DNA of 63,711 nucleotides, the filler included, from Sluysia triapertura (Eukaryota): NCBI GenBank assembly GCA_046118255.1. It is 5 parts of 5 records of this genome, joined end to end, with 100 filler letters (N's around TTAATTAATTAA, not from the genome) between each part and the next. Parts side by side here need not be neighbours in the genome. Positions count along the whole stretch, not along the records: positions 37,593 to 50,050 come from JBJNIA010107094.1; positions 50,151 to 63,711 come from JBJNIA010032490.1; 3 more parts are not named here. One strand, 5' to 3'. Position 1 is the stretch's first letter. Each line of letters starts with the position of its first letter. The notes under the pieces were generated by a model. It was not told the origin of the DNA. It was given only the letters and a program-made list of their open reading frames with translations, and did no database searches. The translations under genes were made by a program, and so were the position numbers. Shown here one piece after another: positions 40,580-53,900 of this stretch.

Positions 40580-40890
40580 AGTCCCATGGTAGATATGAGA
40601 GTTAATGGTAGAATGCTATCTTCATTAGTTTATACAGGAGCAGTGGCCTCATTAATAAGCGAATCATTATTAACCACTAAAGAATTAAGCAATTTAGTTA
40701 AACAACATTCATATTTAACAGGAATAACTGGAGATGAAATTGAAATTCTAGGAGTGCTAAAATATTATGTGAAATTGGACAAAATAAAATTGAAATAAAA
40801 TGCAGGGTCCGGAAGATATGATATTAGGCATGGATGTACTATCACAATTAAAAGGAGTTTCATTAGATTTTAGCAAAGCAAAATTAATGG
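40580..40890 (+). pseudogene. Retropepsin protease 1
   Basis: PMVDMRVNGRMLSSLVYTGAVASLIS (DTG changed to YTG at 40631), LTGITG, DMILGMDVL. Confidence 0.85.
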
Positions 40891-41249
40891 ACACCTATAC
40901 TGATAGACCAATAGATGACGATAATGTTATAATAGAAGAACCACGTTGGTTACTCAAAAGAACAGAATGCATAACACCAGGAAAAAAATAGTGTAAGAAA
41001 TGGCCAAATAATGTCTATAGCCTCGAAAAATAATCAAGAAAAATTAAACATAGGCATTGCTAATTCAATTTGTAAAATTAATGATGGAAGTATACCAATA
41101 AGAATAATAAATTATACAGATGAAAATAAATGGTTATATGCAGGTACAAAACTAGGATAAATAGTTAGCTATAAATTGCAAACACAAATAAATATAGTAT
41201 AAATATATGATAAACCAAGAAATAAGAACATAAAACTACAAAGAAATAT

Positions 41250-43745
41250 CGAAGATGAAGAAATAAAGAATAAGAATTTAACTAAACAACAAAATGAGAT
41301 ATTATACAAAGTCATATACAGATATCCTTGGCAATAGCTAGAAAAAAATATGATATTGGAGATTCCATCATAATAAAACACGAAATTCCGTTAATATAAG
41401 ATAAATTAATTAGAAAGAAACCTTACAGAATTCCATTATGTAATCAACAAGAAATGAAAGATCATATAGATACAATGAAAAAGGTTGGAATAATTAGACC
41501 AAGTTTTTCTCCATTCTCATCATCAGTACTACTAGTTAAGAAAAAAGATGGGACTATGAGATTCTGAATGGATTTTAGAGAACTAAATAAGATAACAAGA
41601 ATAGATGTGTTTCCTCTACCAAGAATAGATGAGATGTTAGATAAATTAGGCAACGCTAAATATTTTACTGCACTAGATCTTCAAAGTGGCAAATAGAGAT
41701 CGCTGAAAAGAATAAACATAAAACAGCATTTTCATGTGGAGATGAGCTATATGAATGTGAAAAGATGCCATTCAGATTAACAGGTGCACCGGCGACATTC
41801 CAAAGATGTGTGAATTTCGTATTGTTTGGTTGTAAGAATGTTATGGTTTATATTGATGATATAATAATATTTTCAAAGGATTTTGACACTCATGTAGTAG
41901 ACAGATAATACACTCAAAAGACTCGAAGTGGCAAGATTAAAGATTAAGCCGACTAAATGTTTATGGGCAGAAGAACAAGTCGAATTTTTAATGTCATATA
42001 GTGTCACATAAAGGTATAAAACCAAATCCAAAAAAAAGTCACCAGATAATGTAAAGAAAGTTCAAAGTTTTCTAGGATTAGCAAATTATTGTAGAAGATT
42101 TGTAAAAGATTTTGCGAAAATAGGTAGACCTCTAAGAATGTTAACATTTAGATGGAATAAAGAACAAACAAAAGCATTTATTAACAACCGCACCAATACT
42201 AATGTTCCCAGATATGAGCAAACCATTTATATTAAGAACAGATGCTAGCTACTTTGCAATAGGAGCAATTCTGGGACAGAGAAATAAAGAAAACTTAGAA
42301 GGTGTTATAGCTTGCGCGAGTAGGAGGTTAAATAAAGCTGAATGCCTAGAAATTGTATACGCATGTAAACTATTTAGACACTATCTATTAGGACAAAAAG
42401 TACTCATATACACCGACCATAAACCATTGACATATTTATTAAACCACAGAGATGAAGTGAGTCGATTAAATCGATGGTTTACAAAACTAGCAGAATTTGC
42501 CGAGTGTATGTCCAGATTAACAAATACCGATGAACAAGGGAACGTAAATTTTATACAAATAATGTCAATTTGTGGAAAGGCTGTAGAGCCAAAAGAAATA
42601 ATAAAACATCAAAAAGGAGACGAAGAAATGTAATATGCCTTCGAAGCAATAGCAAAAGGATTATTAAACGAAGATCAAGCTAAAAAGATGAATGGAAAAC
42701 AATTGTACCAAAAACTCTAATAACACCATTATTAATTCAATATCATGATGGACAATATGTGGGCATTTTTCAACGAGAAAGACATCATCAAGAATTAAAA
42801 ATAAATACTATTGGGATAGCATGGAAGACGATATTAAGAAGTGGTGCAAGAACTGTGCTATCTGCTGCAGAAGAAAGAATACTGGGATAAAAACAAAAGT
42901 ACCACTAAGACCAATACCCATACCACTCTCTTCAATGAAATTCACTGCAATGGATATAATGGGACGGTTGCCAGAAACAATAAATGGAAACAAATGCATA
43001 ACAGTATTCGCAGATTATTTAACAAAACGGCCAGAAGTTTACCCGATACCAAAGCAGAAAGCTGAAACAGTGGCACAAATATTAGTAGAAAAAATAATAT
43101 ACATATATGGAACTCCGAGAAAATTGTTGACTGATCAAGGAACCAATTTTACAAGTGATGTGACAAAGTCTGTTGCAAAATATTTAATATTTTTAAAAAT
43201 ATTCAATCGAACATTAATAAATATGCTACAATTGTATGTAAACGAGAAACAGAAAGATTGGGACTTATATATATCACCATGTTTGTTAGTATATAGAAAC
43301 TCAGTGCATCCTGCTACCCACTTCACACCATTTTATCTTATGTACGGTAGACATTCAAACATGCCACTAGATTTAGATTGAGTACCACCTTTATCTCAAT
43401 ATTCAGAAACTCCTGAACACGTTACTATTATGAGAGAAAATTTACAGGATGCATGGAAACGCGCTGGATTGCAAATACATTATACACAGGAAACATAAAG
43501 ATAACTATGACAAAAAGGCAAACGATCATAATTTCAAAATAGGAGATAAAGTATTGGTAGATTATCCAATAGCAAAACCAAGATATTCTCTGAAATTACA
43601 CAAACCGTTTAAAGGACCTTATGAAGTAATGAAAACAACTTCTACTAATTTATATATAAAGAATCCTAAAGATATGAATGCTGAAACTTTCGTTTTGTAT
43701 GTATATCGATGTAAACTAGCACCAAATGATGAGTATAACTTGTGA
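41250..43745 (+). pseudogene. pol: RT, RNase H and integrase (Ty3/Gypsy pol)
   Basis: LVKKKDGTMRF, FPLPRIDEML, YIDDIIIFS (41849), LRTDASYFAIGA, YTDHKPL, CxxC, AMDIMG, LTDQGTNF, KGPYEV. The segment carrying the catalytic E appears deleted. Confidence 0.95.
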
Positions 43746-43869
43746 GATAGAAACGTTACAAAAAGTGTATTAAAAGTTATGCCAAGAATTAAGGATAGAG
43801 ACAAACCATCTAAATCATTAGGTATACCATTCAAACCAACAAACACAGATGCAAAACCAATTAATACAA

Positions 43870-44200
43870 TAAATATGACAACTTCTTTTAATATACAAAA
43901 TCATTTAGTTCAAAGTATTAAGTTCAATCAAAAATGGGTACGAGCAGTCATAGATACAGGCTTGAATAACACTATTATCAATTATAATGTACTAAATGCT
44001 TCGGAAATTAATATGTTACAACAAGCTGGCATACTATTATTTGCAGTGGACGGCTCACATATTTTATTTAATGGAATGTTACAGTATCAATTAACTCTCT
44101 TAGATGTGTATTTATTCATAACAATACTAGCTTGGGAATGATGCCCATATGATATTATATAAGGAATGGATGTATTAAGCAAATTGGAAAATGTAGTAAT
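43870..44200 (+). pseudogene. Second retropepsin protease downstream of integrase
   Basis: IKFNQKWVRAVIDTGLNNTIIN (DTG at 43953), LFAVDGS, and DII..GMDVLSKL after a frameshift. Confidence 0.8.
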
Positions 44201-45033
44201 ACATGGAAGATTAGGATATCATGTAGTGTTACCACAGTTAGTTTTACCTCCAATGCCAAGAGAAGTGCAACCATTACAACCGCAAAACTACCAAATTGCT
44301 CCACTAAATCCAATAATACCACCATCACCAACTCCAAATTGGGAAAATTTTGATTGGTGGGATACCAAGGTTTCTTCAACCTCGGATATAGGAACAGATA
44401 ATAAAGATAATGATAATAATACTACCGATAACAATACTAGTTATATCATTAGCGGTAGTAGTATAATGTTTATAAGAGGAATTCCAAATAACATATTTCT
44501 TTATATAATAACTTTCATATTATTTCTATTTCAATTGACAACCATGATAACACATTATCCAATAAATTTAACAAGTTATACCAATACTAAACAAGACATT
44601 TTCCTATCGAATACTTTCAATAGATTTTGGACAGCTGAAATTGATAATAGAAACGAATTTCTGATTGTAATTTTGATATATTGCATATATTTTGAACCAT
44701 TAATAATAAAGAAACATTCGATGATAGATAATATTCTTAAATGCGAACATTTAATTCAATATACCACAATTATAGCATATACACCTTACAATAAGACAGT
44801 AACAATCGACTTCGTAGACATTTTTAAGAAAAGATATAAATAATACAATAAGTACACCATTACCTACTACAACAAACAAAATAACGAATATTACTACCGA
44901 CCTAAGTAAGAAAATAAGTAGGACAAATAGGCTGGAAATACAAAATGTCTTTACTATAATCTATATGATATTTACTATTTACTACATAATCACTTGTAAT
45001 AGAGTTATAAGAGTCAATAATAGATTACCAAGT

Positions 45034-45675
45034 ATGATGTTACTTACTTTATTAACATTAATTTCAATTACGAATGCGTCACAAAGAGTTTACTAATCGA
45101 AATACTTGGATTTTTATAATTTCGATACCGAAGTTCAAATTAAGGTAACTAGGAATATTAAAGCACACTACATAGGTATTAATCCGTCAAGACTTAATTT
45201 TAGCATATGAGATTTACACAAACATATTCTACCCAACACAGAGTATCCAGTAACAATATGTAAAGATTATTTACTATCTGAAGACAGAAATATAATAATA
45301 TTTATTCAACGTCAGGCTAAAATTGTTAAACAACTTAATTTTGCTATTCAAGGAATTAAAGAACCAACTACAATTACAGATACATTAAAAAAGGATCCAT
45401 CAATAGCTATTTTAGTAATCGCTGCTACATTATTTATTATTGCAATGATAATAACTTTACTAATGATTATGATGTTCATTATGAATAAATGCAAATATAC
45501 TAATTCTGATTCAAATAATGATGATGATAACTATTATTCTATTCCAAAAAATAATAGATTTTATGTCCCTCCTCCAGGACCACCATTACCGTCAATAATG
45601 CTATCACCAATATACGAATACAATACAGACTTAAGATTAAACATTATAGTGAATTACAAATATCATCGGCGTTAA
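45034..45675 (+). pseudogene. Type I membrane protein (accessory)
   Basis: One frame with two stops: signal peptide MMLLTLLTLISITNA, ~110-aa ectodomain, TM IAILVIAATLFIIAMIITLLMIMMFIM, tail with YYSIP, PPPGPPLP and IYEY. Confidence 0.6.
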
Positions 45676-46772
45676 TATGTATTTGTCTAATAACAACTAT
45701 AGATTCATCTGATATAACCATAAATAAGTTAAGTGAGAAATTGTTTTAAAATAATATACAAATAACTCTTCAAGCCAAGACTGACATAATAGTAGTTGTA
45801 GCATGCAAACAGATGAGAAGTTAGTTAGTTTATCTATTAGATGTTGCTTAAATAAGTTATGTACTACTTCCACAAAAAAATGGATAGTAACCTGTGAAGA
45901 TTTATTTTAATCCCAATTATATCAAGTAAAAATTACAATTGAATTAATAAATCGGGTAATACATGCACAATATTATTGGTTAACACAAAGCCTTATGTAT
46001 TCTAGGATAAATTTAGTAAATAATGGATGAACTGTTCCATAACAGCGTTAACCAATGAAATCGACTTAATTAAGGTAACTAATCCATTATCAAATAACTC
46101 AATTATAATAAGATATGGAACTGATAAAGAAACTGTTTTAGAACTAATTCTACCGAAACGCACGACTATGCTGAATTTCTATCCCCAGTCAACCTTTTCA
46201 ATTATATACTCTTGGATACTTAATGCTAATGAATCAATAAAAGCAAACGACTGGTCAATCACGCGACAATATAATTTTGTTATACCCATTATTAAGGAGA
46301 CTACCAATACTAAACTAAGAATATTGTAAGAAAGTCAATAATAGCTAAGAAAACAATTAAAATACCAAATAAATTTACTAAAATCAGCTTAATTAACCTT
46401 AAAATCTCCAAACACAATAATGACATTAAAGAGAAATTTAAATTCAACATTCATCTTTGCATCATTACATTCACACTTTATGCTTTGCTTACAGTCAATC
46501 TTACAACTGAAGCCAGAAAAATATATTTAGGATCACTTCATAAAATAACACCCTTAATTAAAGTGTAGAGTTGAACAATACATAAAAGTTACGAGTGACC
46601 GATGTTGACGGTTGTTTCCTGTCCAACCGGTCACCTAACTTTAAAAATTTTCGTAGTTTTTAGCAATTTACATAATTAGGATTATAACTATAGTATTTCA
46701 ACCAACAATTTAATTAATTTTAAAATATTATTATCTTATTATATTTTTATTTTTTCTTATTAAATTTCAGCA

Positions 46773-46952
46773 ATGTATTTTATTCGGTGTTCTATTTGTC
46801 AACGTTCTATACATAAGCATTATACAAAGACACATCCATGTTTACATAAATTTCACTTTAAATGTACAATTAATCTTTTTCATTTCTCATTCACGGAATA
46901 CATGAGTTGTCCATTATGTAGAACTTCTAGAGAGGAAATTCAAGTTTTCTAA
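46773..46952 (+). CDS. RING-H2 finger protein (59 aa, below the ORF-track cutoff; probably frameshift-truncated)
   Basis: C-x2-C-x13-C-x-H-x2-H-x2-C-x14-C-x2-C: CSICQRSIHKHYTKTHPCLHKFHFKCTINLFHFSFTEYMSCPLCR. The ATG lies 3 nt after a TTTCAG acceptor. Confidence 0.85.
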   Translation: MYFIRCSICQRSIHKHYTKTHPCLHKFHFKCTINLFHFSFTEYMSCPLCRTSREEIQVF

Positions 46953-47371
46953 AGGGTAAATTTAGGCATTCTTATATCTTAGAAAAAATTCCATTTAATA
47001 TTTTTAATCAGCGAATCGAAATTCAAGAAGTTGTGATAACCCAACCAGAGTATATTAGATAACAAAATAATAAACATTCAATTAATACACAACATCTTAA
47101 TTATCCTCCTAGGTTGTCAAAATCCCAGAAGCATAATCGGAGTTGCAGACAAATACGACATCCGTATAAAAAGGCGGGTTTATATAAGAAGAACAATATA
47201 GCAAATCCATTTTTAAAGAAAAAACTTAATTAACTCAATTTTCATGAATCTTTTATTTTTCCTAAAATACATAAATAGGTAATAAATCAAATAAATAAAT
47301 TTACATTAAACTAACAATAATTTTAATATACTAATCTTTATATTTCTTATTGTTTCACTTTTCCTTCAGAA

Positions 47372-48600
47372 ATGAGTACAAATCAAACAAAAGCAAGAAT
47401 CATAAATAACATTATCCCCTTCTATAATGGCATTGACCGATTCTGCGGTAATAATGAATTTCTTTCTTCAAATATTATCCCAAATATATTAAAATGTAGA
47501 TTGACGATGCGTTCTTCACGCATTTGTTTTGAATTGAAAATATTCAATCTCCTACCATTGTGTGTTAAAGGGAATTTTCCATTAATAATATACCTGTGAT
47601 AATTGCAGCAGCTAGGTTGACTTTAAAAATAACTATTAAAATAGATGGGATTCCAATATTATCACGAATTCAAGGGTTTTCTTCTTTGTTGATCACCAAT
47701 ATTATACAAATACAGGCAATCGAATTCCTCACCACATTCGCAGTACTTTTAGCGCAGTTAGAAAAACCACTAGATCATAAAAAGCGTCCTTTGTTGTACC
47801 ATAAGGACGAGGTCAACCTATATAATTGGCAAGAAGAAATAACGTATTCTCATAACACAAAGGGGATTTTATTTTCGTATCAGTACAATTTGCCTTCGGG
47901 TTTGATGAATAGGCATCACATACTTAAAATGTGTTTTATGCCCTATCATTAATTATTTCATGGAGAAGTCTTATTAAGACCTAGGATCCGCATAAAAACT
48001 TTTTAACCGTTGATCATGGGATGAAAGAGGATCACTTAAAAGATGCCAAAGATTTGTCCCAAATTAGAGATTTTTGGCTAGCTGCTCTTAATGATAAAAT
48101 TCTGGTATCCACTTTCCCAGAATTAATAATTAAGACACTGCACATCCCATATGGTTGGTTAAGGAGGATCATTAATTTAACTTGCACTAATTTAGTGTCA
48201 CAGACTTCATTAAACCCCATTACGAAGACCCGAAGATTACTAAAATTATTATACCCTTTTCCTCCAAAAGTAACCTGTCACCAACTTGTTATCTCCAAGG
48301 ATCCCTCATTTTTGCCACAGATCAATGATATTAATCTTACTTTACCTGCTATTCCAAGCACTTCTTTTACTGAATCACAAAACATACCTACAATACCTAC
48401 AATGCGGATGAAACTCCACAAAGAAACTACGAAAACATACTTCTCCGTCAGTTGACCTAGATGTCACTGGGAACAATTTCAGAAGGCAGAAAACACCAAT
48501 AAGGAAGATGGTATTAACTATATAAATGAAGAAGACATTGATTGTATTGATTATGATGACAGTATTTTAAACGACATTTTTGATTTTAATATTCCCTTCA
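47372..48600 (+). pseudogene. Accessory ORF with a DEDDh (REX4/ISG20/DnaQ-like) exonuclease-like segment
   Basis: GEVLLRPRIRIKTF/LTVDHGMKEDHLKDAKDLSQIRDFWLAALNDKILV at 47962-48110. Expected acidic catalytic residues are not evident. The ATG follows TACTAAT...TTTTCCTTCAG. Confidence 0.5.
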
Positions 48601-48634
48601 GAAATTAGGGACTAATTTTCCCTAATGGGTAAGA

Positions 48635-49200
48635 TGTGTTGTGTTTATAAGTTATGTTTACAAATCAAATTTACATACAAATTTACGAATTATATATGTG
48701 TACAAATTATATAAATATACATAATTATTGATTTGTCGATTTTTGTAAATTTATTGTTAATTTATATTTAAGTGGAAAATTTACATCTTCGGAATTTTAT
48801 TGGAATTTTAATTGCAGTTTTATAAAAAAAAGGGAAATATTAATATTATCATTTTTATTGATCATTATTAGTGTTAAATTATTAATTTTATTATAGTTAA
48901 AATTTTTAAAATTATTTTAAATTTTAAATAATTAGTTTGACCTCAAGGTCATTTTTTAATATAGAAGCAGTGAGATTAGGTTTCATTGACACAATATTTA
49001 GACACAATCTTTATACACAATTAAGAACTTGATTAAAATAATGATTATTAAAAGTTTATTTTACATCCAGAAAAGTAGCATAAATTTATACAACCTCCAT
49101 AGACTTTACGTTTTTACTTTGAAATCCAACGGCTAACTCTAACCGGTAAGCCTAGTGCGTTAGTGGACTCACCGTGAGTTTGCTTTATATATAACAATAA
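48635..49200 (+). repeat. Putative 3' LTR of the large Gypsy element
   Basis: TGT follows the gypsy-type tract TTAGGGACTAATTTTCCCTAATGGGTAAGA. Candidate ACA ends at 49196 or 49212. No 5' LTR in the window to confirm. Confidence 0.55.
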
Positions 49201-50050
49201 TTCTACCACACAATTAGATGAGTATGAATCTCCGCATATTCTAAACTTAATAACAAAGTTCTTTTATAAAATATAATTTATAAATTAGTCTTTTAATAAA
49301 AAATTAATTGATATACATAAATGTTAGTAACCCAATAACAATAACTTAGCAACAAAAATTTAAGACCCAACAAATAACAAACAAATCAAGCAAAAATAAA
49401 GTTTGGTCATATATTAAAAGAAATTTAAGATTCAATCAGTGTTTTCCACAACTACCTTCTTACAACAGAGGAAAATTATAAACTTATTGTAATAATTCTT
49501 GTGCTTATGGTTATTTATGTGGTGTTTAGATGATTGCTAGAAATGCGGGACTTAATTATTTTGCATTTCGACAACACATGCTTATTTCTTAGAATCAGTT
49601 TTATGCCGACCAATTTTAATAATCAAATTTGAACATTAATTATTATCTGGCAATTATCAAATGATATTGAGTTTTATGATAAACTCATGTATTTAGAATA
49701 ATAAAATCAAAATTTAACATTTTAATAATACTAATTGATACAATATATAAATTAATGTATTTCATATTTCTTTTATGTAATTATAATGCAATCCTTATGT
49801 AAAATTAATGTATTTCAGGTTTAAATAATTTAATATTTTAATAGTTATTATTTTAATATTTTAATAATTATTATAATAATTGATAAAGAAAAGGAAAATA
49901 TTTTATTATTGTAATTATTATTAAATTATTAAATTTCATTATTATTGTATTATTGTTGCGTCTTTAAAATCTGTTAGTTATTACAACTCAATATTATTAT
50001 CTTGATCAGCTTAAACCTTAATAATTTCAATAGTCAGTATATCAAGTATA

Positions 50051-50150
50051 NNNNNNNNNNNNNNNNNNNNNNNNNNNNNNNNNNNNNNNNNNNNTTAATT
50101 AATTAANNNNNNNNNNNNNNNNNNNNNNNNNNNNNNNNNNNNNNNNNNNN
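50051..50150. other. Artificial scaffold linker
   Basis: N44-TTAATTAATTAA-N44. Confidence 0.97.
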
Positions 50151-50899
50151 ATACCAATATACTTAAAAATCCTAGAGATACGTCTTTTGAGAAGAATATA
50201 AACCGTATACTATAGGCAAACCCGTACTAATAACTCATTTTGCAGATAATAATAATAAAACATCCAGCATTTCTTGATTTGACAATCAAATTATTTCATT
50301 TTGAATTTAAAAGTGCAATTTTTTAAAATGCATATTTATTTGCACATATAATTTATATAAATTACAAACGAAATATGACTAGCAGAAAAATAGTTTGTTA
50401 CTCTTGCAATTATAATTTCATAATAAATTAACAAAAATATATTAAAAACATCTGAAAATTGTAAAATAAAATTAATTAATTAAAACAAACTAATATTTGC
50501 GTGAATGTGAGAGAATTATTGAATGAATCGAATAGTATTAAAATTATTATAAATAAACATGAACACTTATTAAATAGAAAAAAATAATTTGTTAATAAGA
50601 CTGATGAAATTATTGGATGATTCAATGAGAGTAATTTATAATTTTTATGAATTGTGTCATGAAAGAATTTAATTCAAAACACATTTTTATAAATGAAAAA
50701 ATATTTAAAACTCCAAAATAAAATTTGAAAAACAAGGATGGCAACTTAGCAATTGATTTTTCTGATAAGGGTAATTTTATACCAGATAATCGTGTGCATT
50801 AACCAGTTTTATCTTAATTACAAGTTAGAAAATTCGCATTCAGTTCTATCTAAACTTGTTATTCATTATCCAATTAGTTATTATATTGATTAAAAAGCA

Positions 50900-52350
50900 G
50901 AATTTGAAATATTATTTAAAGATAGTGAATCTAGATGACTTCTAAAAAGGATTACATTAATGTATAATGTAATGGCTGGATATATGTTGGTTTTCAAAGA
51001 TTTAAAATTACGAGTAATCATATTTCAATGTTACCACTCTGTTTATATTATTCTCAAAACCGTAGTGGGAAAATTTGTCCGAATAAACAATGCATAAATT
51101 GTATCGAATGTCATTAATTTAGTCTTATAGCTAATTCATATAAATGGCCAAAATGTATGGAAATTTTAACTCTAAACAGTTCGAAGATATTAGAAAGGAA
51201 AAAGATTACTTTTACGTTTAAATCAAATATTAAAAATATGTATAAATTATGAAAACATTTTTGGTAAAAGAATGAAATAATTTAGAAATGATTAATTTTT
51301 TTGTATTGAAAGTTGAAAAAAGAAATAATATTAATAAATCAAATATTACATTAGACATCCAAAAGAAGAATATTAATGAATTTGAATTTAGGACAATTAA
51401 CGATGATGATGATTTAGTAAGAATATATCGGAAATATCAAAAACAAATCATGTTCATCCAAAATAAACCAGATTTATCAAAAATAAGTTAACTTTGACAA
51501 TTATTCATCTGGTTTTATTAAAAATCATTAATAACTCATTATATAGACTACACTTTCCGTCAAGTGAAAAAATATCCGTTGTATTACCTCATCTGAAATA
51601 TAGTAATCAGTTACTTTTAAATAATTACAGACATATAGCATTATTATCAATTATAACAACAAAATTGAGTTTAAAAAGTAGTTCACAAAAATTATCAAAG
51701 TTTTTAAACAAAAATAAAATGATAATGATCTTTGTTTGAAATGCCTAGAATTTAATAGAAACAACCACCTTAAGAATAAATTGTGACTTTTTAATTGTTT
51801 CAGTTTTAATAAATGTATTTTGATGGTGTTGTTAAATATGATTGTTGCTTTGAAACATTAGGTAATTATATATTAAAGAATTTTCAATAAAAGTGGTTAG
51901 GATTCAAAAAACGTGGAAGAAAATATTAAAATGTAATATTTTAATGATAGATATTAGAAAATTTATCAATAAAGATACGACTAAAGTAACTGGTTATTAA
52001 TAGATAGCTAAATAATATAGATTTTAATAATGGTACATTATAATCAATTCCATATAGAACGTGCTAAAACTGCAATTACCATTGAATTAATCATCAAGAC
52101 TAATTTTATACTAAAATCTCTTATGATACCTTATCTTAAAAAATTATATTGGTTGCAAATAAAAATCACAGTAGTAATGTATAAATGCTTAAGTTATGGA
52201 TGTCTCTTGCAAATAATAAAAATTTGGAAACCTAAATGAATGTGTCATTATGATGTAATAATTTATATAGAATCCTCATTGGTAATAAAATAGATGATAG
52301 GTTATGTATCATTTATTTCAAAAGTTCATAAATAAAATTAAAAATTATGA
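50900..52350 (+). mobile_element. Ancient non-LTR (CR1/L2/Jockey-group) RT remnant
   Basis: FEFRTI...LKIINNSL..LHFPSSEKISVVLPHLK...NNYRHIALLS...KLSKFLNKNKMI, matching the NYRPISLL region of LINE RTs. Confidence 0.8.
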
Positions 52351-52863
52351 AATGACAAAGTCTTATTATTTCAAAAATATTATAGTCAATGATTTACTTT
52401 AGGTGCTTTTGAGTACTTATTTTATGATAGATATAAAAGGTATATTAATTAATTTATTTATTATTAATATTCCTATTATTATTATTATTACTAATTTATT
52501 AAGAATTATTATCTAGTAATTACTAATTACTAGTTTAAAGAAAAACAAATTACAATCAAAACGTAATCAAAGTAAAACAAAACCTCAGAATGCAAAAAAC
52601 ATAGATTGTATGATTGTATGATTGCATTATTTCATTTAACTAGATAAGGAAAAATAAATATTACGAAAGTCAAACTAACACAATCACATAACTACTGAAT
52701 GAATGTATATGGATAAACCGATGTGGTTTTCTGGATAAGATGGCATGAACATACATTATCAAGTGATTGTCTAGATACTGTATACTTATGATATTGTCAA
52801 GATGTCTTACGCTAACGTTAAACATTATTGCTATAGTTGTAAAATGTGAAACTTTACTTATAT

Positions 52864-53900
<1,037 letters not shown>

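Larger units (their letters stand above)
37593..49200 (+). mobile_element. Large decayed Ty3/Gypsy LTR retrotransposon with envelope-like gene and accessory ORFs (5' end lost in the gap)
   Basis: Continuous A-rich plus-strand coding fragments, PR-RT-RH-IN order, PPT-like tract and TGT-starting 3' LTR. Confidence 0.88.

Noticed and set aside
41169-44379. Minus-strand ORFs over the Gypsy pol region
   Set aside because: Antisense shadows of A-rich coding sequence with no motifs.
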